Below are positions 54,553 to 64,000 of a DNA stretch of 64,000 bases, piece after piece. The position numbers and the translations under genes were made by a program. The first letter of the stretch is position 1; every line of letters begins with the position of its first letter. The stretch spans positions 1-64,000 of the forward strand of contig CT868670.1 of NCBI GenBank assembly GCA_000165425.1, written 5' to 3'. The stretch is from Paramecium tetraurelia (taxonomy: Eukaryota). The notes beneath the pieces were generated by a model. It was not told the origin of the DNA. It was given only the letters and a program-made list of their open reading frames with translations, and did not search any database.

Positions 54553-57500
54553 TCATTTTTCTGTGAGTTCACGGTAACCCTTCCAGTTATTCCTAAGATA
54601 GGGTTCCTCTTTGATAACTCTTAGCAGGGTGTTTGAAGGACCGTCTCTGTAATTAGGCAAGAAGTTCTAAGAAACATTTGAAATATAAAAATACCAAGGT
54701 TTCTTCAAATATAGATTTGGCCTTATCCCAATCTCCAGACAGATAGCAATGGAATCCCTCGGTCCATTTTGAATAGAATTCCTAAATCAAATAGAATATG
54801 TTTACTTTTCTAAAAAGAGCTCGTGATATTTTAATGTTGGGATCTTTGGTCCAAGTTTCAGATATTAGAACATGACTTTTAAGAACAGCCTATTTGAGTT
54901 TGTCTCTTTTCATTCTTTTTAATACTTTTTATTTTTTTTTTAATTTCGATTGATCTGACTCTGAGAGATGAACTTACTTAACCTTGTCTTTTTTATGTGG
55001 ATCCAGTATAGTTTTAGCCTTGTGTTCCTTTCTAAGCAAGGAGTCAACATTTAAATCCACAGTGTAAATGTCCATAGGTTCAATGCTGCCCTTGACTGTA
55101 ACCCTGTCTATGTGTCTTAGATTCTTCTGGGTGACCTTAGTGGCAACATCCCTCAATTATCCAGAGATGAGAATCATGGATCCAAACTGTTTGGTGGCTG
55201 CCTCCAATCTAGAAGCCATGTTAACATTAGGACTCAAATATGAAGCATCTATCTTGTATTCAGATCCTATGGCTCCTTCTATAGCCCAGCCAACATGCAA
55301 TCCAAATCCCATCTTCACCGAATAATTGGGTATTCTATTGTTCAATCCTTCATGCTATTTGTATTTCTATAATTTTTGGGATAGAGTAACATTGGTGATG
55401 ATGGTAACAAAGGACAAGATGGCCATGTCTGCGATTTGGGCCACGTGTTCATAGGGTTTGAGACTCAGTTTTCCATCCTCATCTTGATAATAGTCATTCT
55501 CTGCATACTTCCAAACCAATAAGAAAGCATCACCAATGTTTTTGTTAGCACTTCCAGAGAATTAATCCACTACTCCATGCACGATTTCAGCAATCTCATT
55601 CACAAATACCATTACATCCTATTATAATACTTCTGTGGCATCAGTGAAATTTCTAATGTCACAAAATCCAAATATGGCCATCACCTTTTTGCCTGGCAAC
55701 ATCGGATTGATCGATGCATTGGCTCCCATATTTTAGGCAATGATCTAAGAACCTGCTTCTCCAAACCCAAGTGCTAACAAAGTTCCTATCTTCACTATCA
55801 GTTTCTACAAAATGACCGTTTCCAATCTCTCATCCTCCTTGTCTTCCAATGCCTTCATCTCTCCATTTTCAATCATCTAAATAAATGCCTTATTCTCCTC
55901 TTCTTGGGCTGCAACCAACGGGTTCTCTGAGATCTTCTTGACAGTTTCCAACATCTTCTCGATTGGTGTCAGAATCAAATCTTAGACATCCTTACTGAAC
56001 AACACAGCAGCAACTGAGAGCACAATGGAAACAAAAATAGTTCTTACAATTGATAAGATGGCATTCAATTCATCGTCAGCTACTGTATTGGAAATGGATA
56101 CAGCAGTTTGATCATCAGAGTCAGTGGAGGTGTAATATTATAAAGAGGCTGTTCTGTAATCCTCATATTCATATTAATTTTCCTGTTCTGAGGGATGAAG
56201 GATTGTTGAATTGATTTTAAAGAAAACCAATCCAGTTCTCAGAGGTTCATGATAAACAATAAAATCCTTGATTAGGTAATTATAGATTTCAGTGTCTTTG
56301 GACCAATACTAAATTGCTTATAAGCCTGTAGTGAAACTAACATTAGCATCTCGATAAGTACTGAGATTAAGAATGGGCACACTGAATAAGATTAACATCA
56401 CAATTGTAATGACTCTTTTGTTTGTTAATTCTGTTAGCTCCTTCCCAATGTTGGTTTCTTTGACCTCTCCCTCATCCGAAATCCTTTATAACGGTTTTCC
56501 ACCACTTTGGATGATAGATTTCCTCTTCTGAATGATGGTTTAAGATTGAATTTATCCGGACAATACTATTTTCCTGGTTTGTCTTCGCTGAAACCTGTGT
56601 TCGATTTCAGTGTTCAATTGACTGCTCTATCTGTTTTATAGCATGATTGATGTCCTTTGCTGTTGAGTCTTCTGTATGTGTGGTTACTCCTCCTGATCTC
56701 TAACATGTCTCTCAGATGAATCTACTGACTTTTAAGAGGAGACATTGTCATTGTTTTGTTGTTGGTGATTTGATTGTTCTTACTCTTATTGGTTCTGATC
56801 CATCAAGTTCTCATCCTTCATTTCCTCGGCCAATAGTTTTTCTGCTTCCTTCTCCAAGGACTGTTTCGCGTGCTTGTACAATTTAGACAACCGAACAAGT
56901 CGAACCACTCTCACGATCCTCCCAGCTCTCGTTCCCACTCTTGAGGCTCTCCCTGCTCTATATTCAATCTCTAATAATATGTTAACCTCGCCAATGAAAC
57001 TGCACTCAAGGCTGCACCGCCACCACTTCCAAACATTGCCTCGTTGACCCATCCGATGTCCAACAGCATTGAAACGGTTGACAACAAATCCAACCAAAAA
57101 AAGAATCCAAGAATGTATCCGTCCTTGATAGAATGAAAAACCTTTTTACTTTACAAATTGAAGCCAACACTATTTCAACCAAAAATAATCCCATGCAGAT
57201 GGCTGTAATCACCCAAAAAGCAGCATCTCCATCCTAATTCATACGAATTGCATACTTTGTTTGTTGACAACACTCTCACATCATCACCAAATAATGCATA
57301 AATCGTTACCACAGTCATAAATATCATATAATTGAAACTTTCTAGAAACTGCTCGATCCTTTTCTAAAATTGTGACAATTATCTACTTTGACCCCAAAAT
57401 GGTTGTCTGAAGATGACTTGCTCGATCGGGTTCCATAATTCATAGACCTCCGATGTGTGATGGTTCTCGAGGCATATGGTCCCTCATTAACCCCACTCTT

Positions 57501-57613
57501 CTTATTCGGAGATGAAGCATCCATTTTGGAATCAGCCTAGTTCATTTAATCATTTTTAATACTCGCATTTGTCCACTCATCTAAACGACTTCATCTTCAT
57601 TCCTTTTTTCCAT
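54553..57613 (-). CDS. Adenylyl cyclase with N-terminal voltage-sensor/K+ channel-like domain (alveolate AC-alpha type)
   Basis: S4-like RAGRASRVGTRAGRIVRVVRLVRL; class III cyclase motifs FGFCDIRNFTDATE, ANKNIGDAFL, GFGLHVGWAIEGAIGSEYKIDASYLSPNVNMASRLE; C-terminal WKGYRELTEK*. Confidence 0.96.
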
Positions 57614-57703
57614 CTTTATAAATTAATATCAAAATATTTATATATACATTTAGTTTATCTAATAAATCATACATCAATTATTGTTCCCCTTTAGTTGCAT
57701 TAA

Positions 57704-59180
<1,477 letters not shown>

Positions 59181-59342
59181 TTAATAAGTGTGTTAAAAGT
59201 AGAATTATTTAATTGCAAAAATATTCTTATTATATAATTATATATTATAAGTAGTATATTGAAAGCATGTTTAAATAGAGTAATCTTTAACATGTTTATA
59301 GCATCAATTCAAATAATAATATAATAAATTCCATTTAGTATT

Positions 59343-62300
59343 TCATTCTTTAAACTTAATGGGTCTTTTAATAGGTTAAATTACAATAAATTATTATCTT
59401 AGATAATAGTTTGTGTTATCTGAAATTACAGGTGTCCCTTCCTTTTTGGCTGAGCATTGTTTTAATTTAGGGTATTTCTTAAAAAGGAACTTTATTTACA
59501 TGTAACAATCGATAAGGATTTGTGTGCTCAACATAAGAATATACACTCCGATTTGAAAGTAAGAGATCCATTCGATAGTATCTTACGAGAAGTAGTTGAA
59601 GTTGTCTTGAACGTAGTAGATGAGGATAAAATTAAGAGAGATCAAAATTCCAAAATCTTGAATTATTGCTTTTGTTGTTTCCAAAGTGTTTTCACTAGGT
59701 TGGAGTACAATTGAAATGATGGCAGATATCATTTGAAGTGATGTCAATAGACCAATTTAATATAGAGCATTATTGAAAAACACCAACAGCGAAGCCATGA
59801 AAAGGATCTTCTTAAAGGGTTGAAGAAGAGCAGCTTACCGATTTTAAATGCCAATAATCTGAAATCCCTCAAACAAAGATCCATACTTCAGTTTATATTA
59901 TATGGATTCAAATTGATACTTTTTAACCAGCATCGAATCACTTAATATAATGATTATCACTAATTAAGCCAAGATTATCAAATTCGCAAATAGATATTAC
60001 AAAGTATCATTAAGGGTAATTTCTTAATGTTAAGTCCAACAATATACTGTTGTGAATATAGCAAAATTTAAATCTAGTAAACTAGACAAGTGAACTCTTA
60101 AAAGGATTTGAAAGAAAAAACTTCTTTCGTAAATGTTTGCTGTCTTGTTAATATAGTATAAAATTTAATAAACATACAATTTTATTTAACAAGGACCCAA
60201 ACTTCTTGAATCAGATATCAAAATTTAATCAAATAGGTATTTATGGTTTAATTTTGTAATCAGTCTGCATACAAAATAAATCAGAAATGGTAAACCATAG
60301 GTCACAAAAATCGAACTCAGATTTAACAGTAGATTCTCTTAAACATCTCGTTCTACTAATAATGGGTAATTGTGATAATTCTCGTTCTCTCCAATTTAAA
60401 TAAAAGAAATAGGCATCAAATCATTTAAAAAATCCATTTAAACAAATTTAAATATCGCCAAAAATTCAAGATGTAAATAGGGAAACTTAACATTGATGTA
60501 GGCCAAATACGAAAATAATTAGAGCATGTCCAATGTGTTCCAATAGAATTCAAGACTCTACATCAGTAATCCAATAATAGCTGCTCCTCCTAAAGTAGCC
60601 AAGAAAAATAAACCGACTTTCTTTGATGTTGCTGCTGTAGTCATTTGCAATTAAGACACTTTATAGAAATCTCCAAGTTAATACTCTAAAAATTGAGTTG
60701 ACAATTGTTGTCCCTCTGAATCAGAAGGTAAGTAATTAGTAAAAGTGATTTAATAAATCATGTTCTATTATGATTCATACAAATTAATATTTAAAGTAAT
60801 TTGAGAAGTGGATTAGTTGTAATTAACATCATATCCAAATTCAATGAAATAATTCGTTTAATTCATACCTTTAATTTCTTGTAGCCAAAGTTATTACGCT
60901 TTAATCTAATCAATTTGCATAATTTTATTAATTTTAATTACTCCAAATCTATTAGATTGATAAATACTAATAGGATCCTCAAAGGTAATGGTTGCTATAG
61001 GGGGATCAGCAATATCGCACTTGCTTTAAGTGCTATTATTAGAACTACAAACCCAATGTTATTCAAGTTTGCAATTAGAGGAACAACCATCTCCATCAAC
61101 AGTGTTTCCATCATCGCATTGCTCTGTTAATCTTATCATACCATCCCCACATTTTGAAATACAGTTACCAAATTCGAGATACAAGCCTTGAGTATCCTCG
61201 CACAATTGGCAATCTTCCGTTTAAAATGTTTCAAATAAACAAGATTTACATTATTTTTTAGAAGGTCCTGAACATTCTTTACAATGAAGACTATCAAAAT
61301 TAATATGAATAAAATTACTCGCAAGGAGAGCATTAATTTTTATTTAAGAAGTATCCTGATTTGCATTGAAAACATAATTCAATATTTGGACATGATTTAC
61401 AATTAACATCTGCACATTGAATACATGATGAATAGTTGATAAGTGGACTTAATTAAAGATTTTAAATTAATGTACATTGATAGCCTTCTTCAACTTTACA
61501 TTGAGAATTACAGCCATCTCTATTAGTCTTATTCCAATCATCACATTGCTCATAGGGTTATTTGATACCATCACCACAATAATTAGTTTGGCACTCAACA
61601 ACTTCTTAAACACAAACATTGCATGTATTATTTTCATAATAATATCCTTTTTTACAAAGGCATGAAGTATTTGATTGAATGAAATTTCGAGTTAAATCAC
61701 AAGTCAAACAATCATTCTCATTAGATCCATTACAGGTTTTACATTTAACATTACATTTAATACACACTTCATTATTATTTTCATAATAGCCCTCATTACA
61801 CTAGCATTCGCTGGTAGATCTGTTTGATGAGCATAAAAGACAATTCGTAGCACTTAGTTCACAAGTCTAGCATTTCTTACTACATTTTAGGCAATCTAAA
61901 TTGGAACTTTCGTAATATCCATCTGGACAAATGCAACTAGGTGAATTGATTCGAAGAGTAGCACATTAAATGCAAGTGGAAGCATTAGTTTCACAAGTAA
62001 AACAGCGTTTTGAACAATTTTCACATGGTTGTGATTAAGATACCTCATAGGTACCTTCTGGACAGACACATTTAAAAGGAAGAATTCTATTGAAATTACA
62101 TTTTGTGCAATAGTCTGATTAATATTTGCATTGATAGCATTGTGTTTGACAATTACTACACGAATTGGAGGATTGATCAAAATAATATCCAGTATTACAT
62201 TGACAAGTGTTATCAGTATCAATAATCAAAGGAGATATGCAAGTAGAACACTGATTATTAGAACAAAGGACACAATGTTAATTGCAAGATACGCACACTT

Positions 62301-64000
62301 GATCAATAAGTTAAAATCCATTAACGCAAGAGCAGGATGGAGGATTAATGTAATTTGTAGAACATTCAATGCAATTAGTTGAAATGATTGAACAAGTCTT
62401 GCATTTTCTATGACAGGCTATAGGTATATAAATAAATTATTTACGTAAACATTTAGAATTCTACATGAAATAACCATCTAAACATTAGCAAGTGTCTATA
62501 TTGGCAAAGTTAGTTATATTGCAATTTTCAAAATCATATGTTTTCGTAATAACAGAATTATAATCTATTACAACTTAATTAGCTGTTACTGATATTAATA
62601 CACAAATTTTATTTTACTCATCATAGCCACTCAAACAATCACAATTGTTTGATGAATCTCTGTTACCAGAACAGATTGTACAAGAAGTAGAGGAAGCACA
62701 TTTAAAACATTTATAATTACATTCTAAGAAGTTATTTATCTAATTTACATTCACAGATCATTGAGCCATTATCAAAATATCCATCTTAACATGGACAATT
62801 GCTAGCCAAATTGTTCAGTCTAAAAGTACCTGATAAAGCACACGCTTAACATTGATATGCGGATGATATAAATTAACAATTTCCACAATATACTCCACAA
62901 GCAATGTTGGTTGGTTAACAAATAGGGATTCCAAAATCATAATATCCCATATCACAAACACATTAATTAGATCCATCTAAAGTTCTATGGCTGTAATTAC
63001 AATCTGTACAATGTGTACTACTGCCTGTACATTATCGACAGGAGTAATGGCATGGAAAACAATTGTATGTTCCATCCATATAATATCCTAAATTACATAC
63101 ACACGTTCCACTAACATAAGCATTATTTTTGCATAGATTGCATTAAGTATTACTTGATCCATAACATCTTCTACAACTTAGATGGCAAACTGATGAACAA
63201 CCTGCTCCATAAAACCCATCCGGACAAGTAGGGCCACTCACACATGTAGATCCTGATAATTCTTATCCAGAAGGACAGGAACAAATTCCACCAACAACTA
63301 CAAAAGGGCTATTACAAGAAGTGCACAAAGTTTTGTCAGTTCGATCACATCCTTTACAATTGGGATCGCATGATAAGTTACAATTTGCACCTGTCTTTCC
63401 TTATTAACAACTTGTACATGCCTATGTACCATCACAAGTTGAACAATTCGGGTTGAAACATTCTAATTATTATTGAATTCATACAAACACATGGTGCTAC
63501 ACAGCAATTATTAGGATCGAATATACACCTATTTCCACATGCAGTATCGCATATACTACATGAATTGCCATTCCAAACAAATCCTAAATCGCATAAACAC
63601 ATATTAGAATCAGGTTACAATGTTGCAAATGCATAACAAGTTAAACAATTAAATTCTCCAGAATTGCTGCAAGTCTAACACGTAGGATGACATTCTTAAA
63701 TTATTTAGACAATCCTTACTAAAGCAAAATGAAGTGTTTGGTACTAATTAAGGTTGGTAATATCCATATGGACAGTCGCAAGAGCTTCCACTTTTATTAT
63801 TATAACAGCTCAAACAATCATTATTGGTTGGTCCAGAGCATGTTTTACAATTTATATCGCATTCTTAATTTATCAATTAATTTTACAATAGCAATTATTA
63901 TCAATTGATCTGTAGTATCCATCCTTACATATACAAATGTTAGATTATAAAAGAGTATACTATTCTTAGTTGCATTTCACGCAATTTGAATTCAAAGATC
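59343..64000 (-). CDS. Large Cys-rich membrane protein: furin-like/EGF repeats, Myxococcus-type CGDG..EQCDDGN repeats, C-terminal multi-TM region (5' part outside window)
   Basis: Dozens of C..C..C...C..C.C..GYY units; CGDGIKQPYEQCDD, CGDGMIRLTEQCDDGNTVDGDGCSSNC; LFWNTLDMLQLFSY; stop at 59343. Confidence 0.9.

Noticed and set aside
54553..57613. Ion-channel/adenylyl cyclase fusion as a novel system
   Set aside because: This architecture is already described for Paramecium, Tetrahymena and Plasmodium

Overview
This is the left end of a ciliate macronuclear scaffold, most likely Paramecium (aurelia-type). Evidence: mixed CCCCAA/CCCAAA telomeric repeats, TAA/TAG read as Gln with TGA as the only stop, and ~21-31 nt GT..AG introns. 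The supplied ORF track uses the standard code, so most of its entries are fragments or antisense artefacts. All gene models below are my own manual translations in the ciliate code, and product names come from motif recognition, not database searches. Layout: telomere (1-77) cutting directly into a TPR gene; ~9 kb of decayed, unidentifiable coding-like DNA; a 150-N gap followed by a second same-orientation telomere tract (9825-9911); an AT-rich subtelomeric zone to ~38 kb (GPI-anchored surface protein, giant Cys-rich/beta-helix/multi-TM protein, HACD-like protein, two WD40 genes, SPATS1-like, HTH protein, many gene relics); then a compact core of conserved genes (sugar transporter, NDUFAF3, WD40, TMEM181-like, ITFG1, cytosolic carboxypeptidase, OSCA/TMEM63-like, peroxiredoxin plus an inverted decayed copy, ion-channel/adenylyl cyclase fusion, thioredoxin-reductase-type flavoenzyme, and a furin-repeat membrane protein running off the window). 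The most notable points are a high-Mr TrxR-type enzyme lacking the C-terminal redox tail, sitting near a Prx pair and head-to-head with the channel-cyclase; telomere healing inside a gene; and two alternative telomere addition sites. I found no clearly novel multi-gene system.
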